Origin: Phoronis australis
Taxonomy: Eukaryota > Animalia > Phoronida
Reading direction: 5' to 3'
Length of the DNA stretch: 60,604 bases
Assembly: GCA_002633005.1 (NCBI GenBank)
Contig: NMRA01000714.1
Location: 125,634 to 186,237, forward strand
The notes under the pieces are model-generated. The model did not search any database. It was not told the DNA's origin and was given only the letters and a program-made list of their open reading frames with translations. The first letter of the stretch is position 1; each line of letters begins with the position of its first letter. Below, one piece after another: positions 25,601 to 34,930 of the stretch. The position numbers were made by a program, and so were the translations under genes.

Positions 25601-28600
25601 TAGTGTTAAGCTAACACTAGAAATGGTAGAAGATTTTTGGTGTAGTGACTGAATGCCAGCCATTCAAGTAGTTAATGACTGAATGCCAGCCATTCAAGTA
25701 GTTAATGAGCTCACAAAAATGCAAATGACACACTGATAAGGGAATAGTAAAATGTCAAATCTTCGATTGAATAAGTCCTTTTGAAGGGCGTGATTTCCAT
25801 GCATTTATATTCACTATTATTTCTGTAGATAAATATGTTCGCACAATCACAGTATCGATGTGTGCAATTTGAGTCTGATGTATATGAGATTGACTTAATT
25901 CTACACTTTCAATGTACAGACTTTCAATGTTCTGTAAGAGTTGGTTTGCTGACCACTACACTTGCAGGATATGACCTTGCTAGTGTATCACTGAAGTGCC
26001 ATAGGCTTTGACATCTCAGTGGTCTCCTCAGAAACAATGATTTCAAACACAAATTCATGTCTCATGGATGATTTCTTCATGAACACGAACATGGACAATG
26101 ATGGAGCCATCCTTTGTTACTTTAAGGCTGCTAAAATCCTGCCTTCAGTCAAAAACTTAATAACCTGTGGATTAGCCGGCTTACAATCAACTTGTTGCTC
26201 ACCTACGTTTGAAGTGTTTTCTTGCTTTGGGAAGAACAGACGGTTGGTTACTGTTTCAGACCAGACTCAACAAGGCGACTTGTCTTGAAGGTTCATTTTG
26301 TGCAGTGTTCATGGTCTCAAGCTACGACAAGCTGTCAGATTTTTCCAAGCTCAGAATTCACTGGACACTGAGTATTTTTTCTAGGAGATAAATGTGCTTA
26401 AAACATTCCTAATTCAATAAAATACCTTGGTTTATTGTGCTTTATTATTACAGAAGTTAAATCCTGTTGTGACACCGTGTCTCCTCGGTGACTCTGAACT
26501 TGTGAGGTCAATTCATTCTCTATTTTAGAGCGTTATCTGGGGCATGCTGTTTGCCTTTGGCTACTTGTTTGCGAAAAAGTTAAAGTTGTTCAACGACGCG
26601 GACCGAGCGACTCTATTTTCCAAGCTAGTGTCCTGGGCTCTAATCGGTTCTTCTATTTTGGGGTTAGGGGTAAGTAGCTATCTTGGGTGGGCTGCATTGC
26701 ATCAGTAGTTATGGATACAGCCTAATATGGGTACTTTCTTAATGAATGATGTTTTTTGATACTTCCAGAAGTGCGGGCATACATTACAAATCTCTCTCCT
26801 AATCTTTGTACTCGTAATTGAACTTGAAATTATTTTTGTCATTTTCCGTTCTACTTTTGTGCGAACTCAAGATAAGTTTCTATTATTGTTTGACACTTGT
26901 CCGTAATATGGACAAGACTTTACTCATTTTAGCTACTAATGGACGAATTGGCAAAGCAGTTCCACTTGGGTACTGAATTAGAAAAAGTTGACGCAAATAA
27001 TTAGTTAAAACAAACTTGGGCTTTGTGTTTGCATAATTGGGTTGTTCACCTAATTTTTTGAATAGTTTTAACGAGGCTTACTTCATACCGCTCGACGCAG
27101 AAGAATTGCCCACTCAAAAATATGTATGACAGCATATTCTGCACTCTGAAATATTTCCCATAAAAATTGACGACAAGAAAACTGTGGAACATGTGTCCTC
27201 CGCCAATTTATAGTACAAGTGGGCTCAGTGTCCTACTCCATTTATAGTACAAGTGGGCTCAGTTTCCTACTCCATTTATAGTACAAGTGGGCTCAGTTTC
27301 CTACTCCATTTATAGTACAAGTGGGCTCAGTTTCCTACTCCATTTATAGTACAAGTGGGCTCAGTTTCCTTACTCCATTTATAGTACAAGTGGGCTCAGT
27401 TTCCTACTCGTGTTTTACTTTTTGTACTCGTATTTTCGAGCATAAACTCGCTTATATTGAGCTCTACCACATGCATGCTTAGGGCAATCACACCACATTC
27501 CCTCCCTTTCACACTCAACTTAAGTACAAGTCCAACTTTTATCAGGCTTTGAAATTTTGCTCTTAGGAAGATTTCCTCTTTTTTTGATCCCCTTTCTATC
27601 ATTATATTGACTGTATTGATGCAAAAATGTTTTTTTTTTAGTTTCATTTTACTGTTTTACAACACAAAAAATATTTCTATCACACAAGGCTATTTATTTG
27701 TGGAACAATACATCACCTAGAAAATTGTTACTGACTGTGTTGTGGACTCGTTCAACTCTGGTAATGGTCTTAAAGGTTTTACAATTTGGAATTCCGTGAT
27801 GAACGTGGGGTAATGGTGCGTGTTAATTCATGATCTGGTATTGATGTGGACTTGACGTAGTTTTCTTTGTGCTTTCAGGGTTATCATTTATTCGTCAGTT
27901 TTTGTGAAACCAAGCCGCAATGTAATGATGTCCACTCATACGTAGCATTTATTCCAGTGAGTACAAGCAATCATAGTCTAATGCTAGTATTTGTAATGCC
28001 TATTGGACTACATTTATTCCAGTGAGTACAAGCAATCATTGTCTAATGCTAGTATTTGTAAGGCCTATTGGACTACATTTATTCCAGTGAGTACAAGCAA
28101 TCATTGTCTAATGCTAGTATTTGTAAGGCCTATTGGACTACAGACGTCTTGATAAACCTGTGTAATAATCATGCCAGTGTTTGTGAAATAACCCAAAAGA
28201 ATAATATTTCAATCACATGAGGTGGTTATTGCTCGGGAATGAAAATGAAGTTGGAAATGTAGATTTGATATTTAATATCTGGTATAACCGTGTTAAATTA
28301 CATGTGTTTTGTGTAGGTGCTTTATTAGCTTTGGTTGCTTTTATTTTGACTTCAGTCTTGTGTAAATACTTACTCCATGCAGCAACCTCCACTAATAACA
28401 TCGCCTATTTAAAATACGTTAAGTTTGGCATACAGGGGAAAGTTACTGGTTTCGTACCACTTAAGAATGCGCCTCTCTGTAGGTCAAGGTGAACTAGTCA
28501 TGGAATCAGTACCAGACATGCGCACGCGGCGCATGTGGACCCATTACACTGATCACCTGGAACTATTTTTATGCTTTATTAATATGTGGTTAAAACTGAG

Positions 28601-31600
28601 CTGAGGAGCTAGAAACCTGGCTCAAGGGTTTAGCAGTGTGACCTGGTGGGACTCGAACCCAAAACCTGGAGTAAAGAAAGCGGACACTTATCAACCAGGC
28701 CACACTGCCTCTTCTGTCGAGGAGCAACTGGGTTCTTTAAAGCTTCGTATCGGTATTTTCCGTAAGCCCACCCCATGGGTGTTTATTTGGTGTATACAAC
28801 TTCTGGTGTCAAGTGTTCAGATGAGGGGAGTTTATTCAAAGAATATCTGCTTAAAAGCCCACTCATTGGCAACTTTTTTGTCTCAAATTCAATTTTGTGG
28901 AACATTTATCATTTACAAAAACGAACAAAACGTCGGCGAATTATGCATTTATTAACATAAAATTCAAAAACACAATTTTAAGTAAAAAATGTCAAAGTCA
29001 GCAAAGCTACGACTTTCCGTTTACAAGCCCCATCCTTTGGTGTTGCTAAAACACATTTAGTTTGTCATTTTCCGAATACACACCTAAGGGTTTATCTATG
29101 GAAAATACTGGTGTTGGCCAGCATCACCGTTTGTAGTAAACTGAGGTCAGGATGCCATAAAGCTCTACCAGGTTTTATTGCATGTTATGGGATTTTGCTA
29201 ATTGATGTGCAAATTTCATAAGATCTTTTGAAAAGATTGTCAAGTTAGACCTTTTATACGTTTCACCATATTATCTTTTACTTCTCTATAGGTAAAACTC
29301 TGGGACCTCCTCGCAACTTGGTGTCATGTTTTGCTTACTTATTCAAACCCATGCGGTGACGGTGATGGTTGGCTTTGGGATACCAAATAGCTCAGAAACA
29401 GCGTTAAATCCCAGTCCTTCATCCATAGCTTTGAAACAGTTGTGCATATCTTCTGATGTCCATGACGAGGGATGCCATTTTTCTGACAGCAAAGAAATTA
29501 AATGAGTACTGAAAAGCAAGAAAACAACACATTAGCCTATACAGTACCTACTTTTATCACATTTTGTGTGTCGTACCTCTTGGTTATATGTACGGTACCC
29601 CGGGTACCATACCCGTGACCTGTTGTGGTACGACACTCGTGACACTGACTTAGTTTCAAACACCACGGCTGAAAATACTGTATTTGTCACTGGATTTGTC
29701 AACCAGAAATTAAGCATACAAATGGATGATAATGAGCTATCAGATGACACATAGGTTTACTCATCTGCTCTACTTGTTGTCGTCTGATCACAGTATTTGG
29801 GAGGGCTAAAATTTACGTCTGTGTGTCAAAAAAGTGAAAAATGCTTGCCGTTTTTCTCCGGGTCGTCTGCTCGACATTCGCCTTGTTTTCTGTTATCGCC
29901 GTCTGAGGTTGCTAAAAGTCAGTGGCGGATTTGGGGGGCCAAGGGGGCCATGGCCCCCCTAAACTTGTACCAGATACCATTTGGCAGTTCGGGTGCGAAA
30001 TACTGACCAGCATATACGCGCATCCAGGGGGTTGGGGGGTGAATAAACAATGCATAGGCCCTGAACAAACCCCGTTTACAGTTTTTTTTTAGTCAAACGG
30101 TCCGCCAACCCAAAACTTCGAGACCCCTGCATCCCAACAGTTTAGGCTGGGCGTGCTGCATCTGCCGAAATTCTGCTTATTCCTGTGCCCTGGCCCCCCT
30201 AACTCAAAATCCTGGATCCGCCCCTGAAAGTAATCACTCTTTTTGGCGTAAACAAACAGAGTTTGGCATGAAATGACATGATACGACAATGATATCTGGT
30301 GCGGAACCAGTAACTCTCCCCCATTTATTTTTATATTTTCTATATTTTATATTTTTGACAGCTCAGAAATATAGTCTTGGTGTCTTTATTATTGATGTAG
30401 AACCGTTGCTTATTTCTGCTATTTCTAACGGTATATAAAAATATCAAAATCAAATAGATGTTGCAATGCCGTGCAGTTACCGAGGAATAAAAATATAAAA
30501 TAGTAAAATAGTAAAACTTAAATGGCAGGCATCGGTACTAAAATATATTAAAATTTCCCCACGTATAGAGCGATGCGCTCTTTCTCAAGGGTGTGCTGCA
30601 GACTGCTGAGCACACCCTTGAGAAAAAGCGCATCGCTCTATACGTGGGGATATTTTAATATATTTTAGTACCAACGCTTGTCATTTTAGTTTTACTAGTT
30701 TTACTGTTTTATAAAAATATCAATTATCCCTTGGATGAACAGCCAAAAGGCCACTCAAAAGTGGTGGTATTTGTCTTTAACTGGTGTTTGTTTATACTTT
30801 GAATTCATTCACAGATAGTGTTTTTACTAATTTTACAGATCATATCTTTTGTGCTGATTCGTAACATACCAGGCTGGTTAAGAACTCGTTATAGCTCCTT
30901 CTTTGCGTGGTTCGGCAAAATCTCATTGGAGGTGAGTTATAGACAGTTGCTGCATGGCTATTTTAGTATTTTAAAAAAATAATCATGACGACATGCAGCG
31001 GCATTAATGGCGCAATTCAGTGTGACCAAGTAGGTTCCAAGTAAAATCGCAACGGCCTTTGGATCTGACTTCCGGTCATTTGGTACCTGGAATATTGTTA
31101 AGAAGTCACTGGACTATATCCACATTTGAAAAATCAGGACACTGTTGTTTCTCCATTGAAATTATTTTCTAAAATTTGTAGCTCAGCAAACTAAAGTGAT
31201 TTTCCCTAATGCAGGCCTCTATCCCATAAAAATTTGTTCATTATGCATACCAATTCCCCACATGTTATTACATTTAGGTGCTTCAAGTACTATCCATATA
31301 AGTTCAATGTTGAGAGTGAGTCATGTGCCAAGCACTATCCATATAAGTTCAATGTTGAGAGTGAGTCATGTGCCAAGCACTATCCATATAAGCTCAGTGT
31401 TGACAGTGAGTGTTTCAAGCAGTATCCCTATAAGCTCAATGTTGACAGTGAGTTGCGTCTCTTTTGCAGCTGTTCATTGCTCAGTACCACGTGTGGCTGG
31501 CTGCTGACACTCATGGTCTGCTTGTTCTGGTACCCAGCTATCCGGTGCTCAACATCATCATTACCTCATTCATCTTCGTCTGCATCGCCCACGAGCTCTC

Positions 31601-31727
31601 CAAGGTCACAGGGATCATCGCCAACTACGTCGTTCCCAACGACTGGAAGCTGCTGTTGCGGAACTTTCTCTTCTTCTGCGGCATCCTGGTCCCTGTCGGC
31701 ATACATCATGGTGTGTTCGAGTTCTAA
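4506..31727 (+). CDS. CASD1: CAS1 domain-containing protein 1 (N-acetylneuraminate 9-O-acetyltransferase-like), 18 coding exons in the window, 5'-partial
   Basis: Exons 4506-4602, 5660-5846, 8344-8454, 8819-8870, 9463-9625, 11149-11269, 13908-14032, 16192-16380, 17716-17824, 19727-19816, 21185-21304, 22645-22801, 23707-23786, 25132-25236, 26529-26669, 27879-27956, 30839-30931, 31470-31727. All are GT-AG with matching phases; 2276 nt, ~757 aa without an internal stop. Motifs: [21 protein letters not shown] (catalytic Ser), DGLH (DxxH), [67 protein letters not shown]. Confidence 0.96.
5660..5846 (+). CDS. CASD1: CASD1 exon with GDS catalytic serine motif
   Basis: ttcag/gtaatt; [14 protein letters not shown]. 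Confidence 0.93.
5867..7120. repeat. 25-bp minisatellite (catagactatagtagggcggtccca)n spanning an assembly gap
   Basis: Direct inspection; gap 6565-6939. Confidence 0.97.
8344..8454 (+). CDS. CASD1: CASD1 exon (EFRWQPYVD...VVTSSAT)
   Basis: tacag/gtaagt, phase 0-0. Confidence 0.92.
8819..8870 (+). CDS. CASD1: CASD1 exon ([17 protein letters not shown])
   Basis: ttcag/gtaagt, phase 0-1. Confidence 0.9.
9463..9625 (+). CDS. CASD1: CASD1 exon ([14 protein letters not shown]...IDEYNKAA)
   Basis: tgtag/gtaagt, phase 1-2. Confidence 0.9.
9647..9851. repeat. 40-bp minisatellite, 5 copies
   Basis: tttgcagttccatgtgctgtgctgacctgtytaaacaagc. Confidence 0.95.
10071..10195. repeat. 22-bp minisatellite, ~5.5 copies
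   Basis: cttactgaagttattagttata. Confidence 0.92.
10774..10921. repeat. 77-bp tandem duplication
   Basis: cggtacttag...cttattatacttgttggtttgggtga occurs twice. Confidence 0.85.
11149..11269 (+). CDS. CASD1: CASD1 exon with DxxH catalytic motif (DGLH)
   Basis: tgcag/gtaaga, phase 2-0. Confidence 0.9.
11323..11590 (+). mobile_element. tRNA-derived SINE copy with an internal 33-bp expansion
   Basis: Homologous to the reverse complement of 28510-28711; spacer between A and B boxes largely deleted; 33-bp unit ~3.8 copies at 11359-11485. Confidence 0.7.
12126..13265 (+). mobile_element. Helentron-associated (HINE/DINE-1-like) element with satellite array
   Basis: T-run, 24-bp near-perfect palindrome 12132-12155, (GTCC)n microsatellite 12169-12205, then seven ~130-160 bp units. 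Confidence 0.72.
13908..14032 (+). CDS. CASD1: CASD1 exon ([18 protein letters not shown] + start of a TM helix)
   Basis: tacag/gtacgt, phase 0-2. Confidence 0.92.
16192..16380 (+). CDS. CASD1: CASD1 exon (...[16 protein letters not shown])
   Basis: tccag/gtaatt, phase 2-2. Confidence 0.9.
16502..16945 (+). mobile_element. Solo LTR copy 2 (internally shorter)
   Basis: Starts TGTCGG, ends GTGACC; AATAAA near 16839; flanks gccag/gcaag (4 of 5 match). Confidence 0.7.
17260..17655 (+). mobile_element. Fragment of the same HINE-like satellite family
   Basis: aaaattggcag, cccctagtggc and cacctagtggc motifs. Confidence 0.55.
17716..17824 (+). CDS. CASD1: CASD1 exon ([12 protein letters not shown]...)
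   Basis: tccag/gtaaca, phase 2-0. Confidence 0.92.
18389..18789. mobile_element. PIF/Harbinger-type MITE with long inverted arms
   Basis: TIR GGCCCGGTCTCCAATCTTT / AAAGATTAGAGACCGGGCC; CTG duplicated at 18386-18388 and 18790-18792; ~130-bp imperfect inverted arms. Confidence 0.8.
19727..19816 (+). CDS. CASD1: CASD1 exon ([22 protein letters not shown])
   Basis: tctag/gtaagt; Cas1_AcylT hallmark motif. Confidence 0.93.
19878..20225. mobile_element. MITE, CAGGGCCC termini, 5-bp TSD CAGTC
   Basis: cagtc|CAGGGCCCTC ... GAGGGGCCCTG|cagtc. Confidence 0.8.
21185..21304 (+). CDS. CASD1: CASD1 exon ([21 protein letters not shown])
   Basis: ttcag/gtatag, phase 0-0. Confidence 0.93.
22645..22801 (+). 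CDS. CASD1: CASD1 exon (VLFRMNLL...[14 protein letters not shown])
   Basis: tgcag/gtgagt, phase 0-1. Confidence 0.94.
23383..23600. repeat. 70-bp tandem repeat, 3 copies
   Basis: tagaacagaaagc...gagattagggtccctcataagttgaacacatg at 23383, 23453, 23523. Confidence 0.93.
23707..23786 (+). CDS. CASD1: CASD1 exon ([13 protein letters not shown]...YGSE)
   Basis: tccag/gtatgt, phase 1-0. Confidence 0.92.
23789..23922. repeat. 10-bp repeat (atgtgattct)n starting in the splice donor
   Basis: Direct inspection. Confidence 0.9.
24424..24920 (-). mobile_element. Penelope-like retroelement remnant (frameshifted GIY-YIG endonuclease)
   Basis: Minus-strand translation across frameshifts: [46 protein letters not shown]...GDHTFNNGH...DNVR...[15 protein letters not shown]. 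Confidence 0.8.
25132..25236 (+). CDS. CASD1: CASD1 exon (VLFERIF...[12 protein letters not shown])
   Basis: tacag/gtgagt, phase 0-0. Confidence 0.93.
25646..25708. repeat. 30-bp tandem duplication
   Basis: tgactgaatgccagccattcaagtagttaa occurs twice. Confidence 0.85.
26529..26669 (+). CDS. CASD1: CASD1 exon ([10 protein letters not shown]...ILGLG)
   Basis: tttag/gtaagt, phase 0-0. Confidence 0.92.
27207..27408. repeat. 34-bp minisatellite, 6 copies, inside a decayed relative of the 18389 MITE (~26795-27460)
   Basis: tttatagtacaagtgggctcagtttcctactcca; flank 26797-26890 matches the MITE left arm. Confidence 0.9.
27879..27956 (+). CDS. CASD1: CASD1 exon ([26 protein letters not shown])
   Basis: ttcag/gtgagt; C-x-x-K-x-x-CN-x-x-H-x-Y motif. 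Confidence 0.93.
27946..28140. repeat. 65-bp tandem triplication that includes the exon 3' end and splice donor
   Basis: catttattcca|gtgagtacaagc at 27946, 28011, 28076. Confidence 0.95.
28510..28711 (-). mobile_element. tRNA-derived SINE
   Basis: Minus strand: A-box-like TGGCCTGGTTGA (28702-28691) and B box GGTTCGAGTCC (28659-28649), then a body shared with 11323-11590. Confidence 0.75.
29920..30226. mobile_element. MITE, CAGTGGCGGAT/ATCCGCCCCTG termini, 5-bp TSD AAAGT
   Basis: aaagt flanks both ends. Confidence 0.85.
30494..30713. repeat. Long near-perfect inverted repeat (palindromic MITE-like)
   Basis: ~100-bp arms; core ggtactaaaatatattaaaat...aagggtgtgct / agcacaccctt...atattttagtacc has only 2 mismatches. 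Confidence 0.92.
30839..30931 (+). CDS. CASD1: CASD1 exon ([25 protein letters not shown])
   Basis: tacag/gtgagt, phase 0-0. Confidence 0.94.
31285..31454. repeat. ~45-bp tandem repeat, 4 copies, abutting the last CASD1 acceptor
   Basis: aagcactatccatataagttcaatgttgagagtgagtcatgtgcc. Confidence 0.9.
31470..31727 (+). CDS. CASD1: CASD1 terminal coding exon ([13 protein letters not shown]...GVFEF*)
   Basis: tgcag acceptor; TAA at 31725-31727. Confidence 0.94.
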   Translation: MFIAQYHVWLAADTHGLLVLVPSYPVLNIIITSFIFVCIAHELSKVTGIIANYVVPNDWKLLLRNFLFFCGILVPVGIHHGVFEF

Positions 31728-32424
31728 TGACAACGCAGGCAGAGAAATGTTTCTATGGGACAATCTTACAGTCACCACCAGGATCGCTCTGATGTTCTGA
31801 TCTGTCCATATCTGGAAATAGTCTCTTCTGGTGCACTTTGTTTATTTAGTTGAGTAGGAAAAATAAATGTATGGGCTCTTCCACAAGTTGATCATGTCTG
31901 CGTCATTCTTTGCTGACTTAGGAGGATAAACGTCGTTTAGTTAACGTTAGAATAGAGACTTGCGGGACAGCAGCAGCTGAAGCTCACTTGCTCCAAAAAC
32001 ATGGCTGAAAATGTGTTCAGCATTGCAGGGAAATGCTGCACCCTTCGATTTTGTCACATGACTACTGATCTTGAGGTTTACATTGAGTGTTAATCTTTCC
32101 CAGAGATGTCGTGTTTTAACAGAAATTTCAGGCAGTGTTAACTTTTGAGATATGATAGTTGAAAATGTGACGTGTTCATGTCATGCAGATGGAATTCGTA
32201 TGGTGAAGGTCTCAAGAGGTGATTGCTGAATGGGCATACTTGGCAAAGTGGAAAGTATTGAACCGTATATTTATGAAAAGTAGCAAAACTGCCGGGAAAT
32301 TATGGGCAATTTTAGTCACCCTTATTCTGCGACAGCGTTAAGATAGCCGACGTGTTTGAACTGTTAAACTCATCTGAATAGAACTGGTTTTGGCTAGTAA
32401 GCGGAAGTCATCCGCAGGTTCGAA

Positions 32425-32534
32425 TGGTAATGGTCGGATATAGCGTGCCTGTGTTTTGAGAACCAGTTTTCTTCACTGAATAACGGGCATCAAACTGGTT
32501 CTTAAAATACGGCACTTATATCCGACTATTGCCA
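32425..32534 (+). other. ~43-bp stem-loop in the putative CASD1 3' UTR
   Basis: tggtaatggtcggatatagcgtgcctgtgttttgagaaccagttt pairs with aaactggttcttaaaatacggcacttatatccgactattgcca. Confidence 0.75.
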
Positions 32535-33076
32535 GTTCAAACGTAAATGTCATACTGGTGCTAACTGTTGGACACCCTTAGCAATGAAGGAACTTTGTCA
32601 TAATATAATGTGAATAAATACTATATATTTACAATTGGGCTGGGTAATTTAATTTTGGACCACAAGGTGTTGTCCCCTCCTCAACATGACCTTTGAACTC
32701 ATATGTTAACCCATATGTGCACCAAGAGTGGAGAGTGTCCTAATGGTGTGTTGGCTGCTACCTGTGTAAACAAACTGGAGGTATTTATTGAACTTGTGAA
32801 ATGTGTTGTACATAATAACTGTAAATTGTATTGTGGGAAATATTTTCAAGTATGTCTGAGGGTACTTGATATTGTTTATTACCGCCTTATAACTAGTGAT
32901 GGATCCAGATCACGACCAGATGGTTCTTGCTGTTGACAGACAGTGGCAGGGGGCACTTTATACTGTTCCAGTATGGCAATACACGGGTTGTGGGACCCTG
33001 ACTCTATGGATACCCACCAGTGTACCTGTTGTTGGTTGTGATTTGTAAATTATTGTACAGAGGGAAGCGAATTGTT

Positions 33077-33082
33077 AATAAA
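33077..33082 (+). terminator. Candidate distal polyadenylation signal of CASD1 (AATAAA); other AATAAA near 31862 and 32613
   Basis: AATAAA followed by a T/GT-rich stretch; a repeat element starts ~230 bp later. Confidence 0.4.
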
Positions 33083-33307
33083 AATATTGGTAATGTTTAT
33101 TTCGTTTTAGTCTCCCAAATCTTCAGCCAAATCTCTGTTCAAGAAGTCGTATATTTTTGTGACTGAGTTAATGTGCCTTGATTAAAAGAGCTCACCAAAT
33201 TGTCCGGGAAGTGTTATAGTGGCAAGGTGATAAATGCTTGAGTAACTCTATACATTACACAATACTTTGAGGACATTAAACTGGGAATTCCATGTCCATG
33301 GCTTGTT

Positions 33308-34930
33308 ACTTTTTATGCCCGGCAAAAAAGTTGCCCTTTATAGTCAGCATCCTGTCGGATGTTGCTTGCCCATCAGTTTTCTCAAAAAACACTTGGTGGA
33401 TCGTGATAAAATGAGGCACAATTATGCACCAGCACCAGTCGATGTTCGGAACTACTATAACCGTGACACTCCCTTGAACGTTTTAGTTTTCGACAAGAAA
33501 TTTCTTGTCATTTTTGAATAAACAAACGCGGAAGTTTGACAAAATTTAAGGTAGAGGTTTATGTTGGGTATGCGTATACACGGATGCGTATACACGGTCA
33601 TTATTTGATTTCGAATTGGTTCATCTGTCGTGGCACCCTCTGTTAGCCAATTTAGCTTTCGATAGGAAATTCCTTGTACCTCAGTTTATTATGAGACTAT
33701 TTGACGAGTTTTGCTGAAACTTGACACAGTTATGTCGTGGCATCCAGTGGCAGATCTACGATTTCATTAAGGGGGGGTTTAGGATTCGAGAGAATCCGAG
33801 GCGCCTAGCGCCGAGGAGAAGGAAGGTCGCGAGAGGGTTTCCCTCCTCCCGTGTAAGATTTTTTTGGATTTTTAGTAGCTAATTTCGTTTTTCTGGCGAT
33901 TTTTTTTCCAGTTTTTATTTTTGATCCTGTCCCGAGGGGGGGTTTAAACCCCNNNNNNNNNNNNNNNNNCCCCCCCCCCCCTGTAGATCCGCCTCTGGCA
34001 TCGTTGGATTTTCGGACTATTTGGCTGCCGAAGCACCCCCTGTTGGCCATTTCAATTTTCAACAAGAACTTGTTTAGTTCGTCAATTTTTAGCACGAGGA
34101 CTTGACCAATTTGTCTGAATTTTGACGCAGAGGTTGGATATGTGGTGGGAATACGCCGGCACCAGCCGATTTTGGAACGGATATTCGACAACCGCTGTTT
34201 AACAGGAAGTCCTTGTTTCATTTTTGGCTGCAGAGGTATGCTGTAATGGACCTCCACTAGTCGATGTTCAGACGGACTCGAATACCCTGGTGCCAACTGT
34301 AGGCCATTTTAGTTTTCAACAAGATTTTCTTTGTCCGTGGATCATTAGCATAATTACTTTGTAGATTTTCATGAAACTTGCCGCAAGAGTTTATTCCTGT
34401 CGTGTGCCAATAACAGTCGGGATTTTCGTCTTCATTCGACTACCGAGACACCACCTGTTGTCCGTTTTAGTTTCGACAAGATGATGTTGGTCCATCTATC
34501 ATTGTCAAAACAGCTTGCCAGATTTTGATGGAACTTGACACAAAGAGCGGATGAGTATGTGTGGCCCTCGGTTCATTTTTGGGTGGATTGGATTTCTAGT
34601 ATATCACCCTCTGTTGGCCGTTTCAGTTTGTAACAAGATATTGCTCGTCTGCTGGTTATTGTCAATGAAAAAGCTGACTGGCAGATTTTGATATGAAGCT
34701 TGAAACCAGGGTTTATGGCGGGGATGTGCAGACATCAGTTCATTTTCGGACAGACTGGACAACCCTGGCACTCTCTCTTAGCCATTTCTGTTAGGCCTAC
34801 TAGCAAGATGTCTCTCGTCCTGGATGTAAAAATGGCTTAAGATTTTTGTTGATGTTAGACCTTGACGTAGAGGTGTGTGGCTGGAATGTGCCAATAGATT
34901 TTCTGCTTTGACCAAATTAGCCTGGTAGTG
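33308..34930 (+). mobile_element. Second HINE-like element with ~160-bp degenerate units
   Basis: tttttatgccc start; gaaacttgac-like motif at ~33717, 34117, 34373, 34531, 34695, 34858; ctgttggccatttca recurs. Confidence 0.55.
33745..33997. mobile_element. MITE, CAGTGGCAGATCTAC/GTAGATCCGCCTCTG termini, 5-bp TSD GCATC, nested in the HINE-like element
   Basis: gcatc at 33740-33744 and 33998-34002. Confidence 0.85.

Noticed and set aside
28638-28711. tRNA-like sequence on the minus strand
   Set aside because: It has A and B boxes but no convincing cloverleaf and continues into a body shared with another locus, so it is a SINE head and not a tRNA gene.
31234-31800. 188-aa ORF overlapping the last CASD1 exon
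   Set aside because: Made of the 45-bp repeat plus an alternative frame of the true exon; no recognisable protein features.
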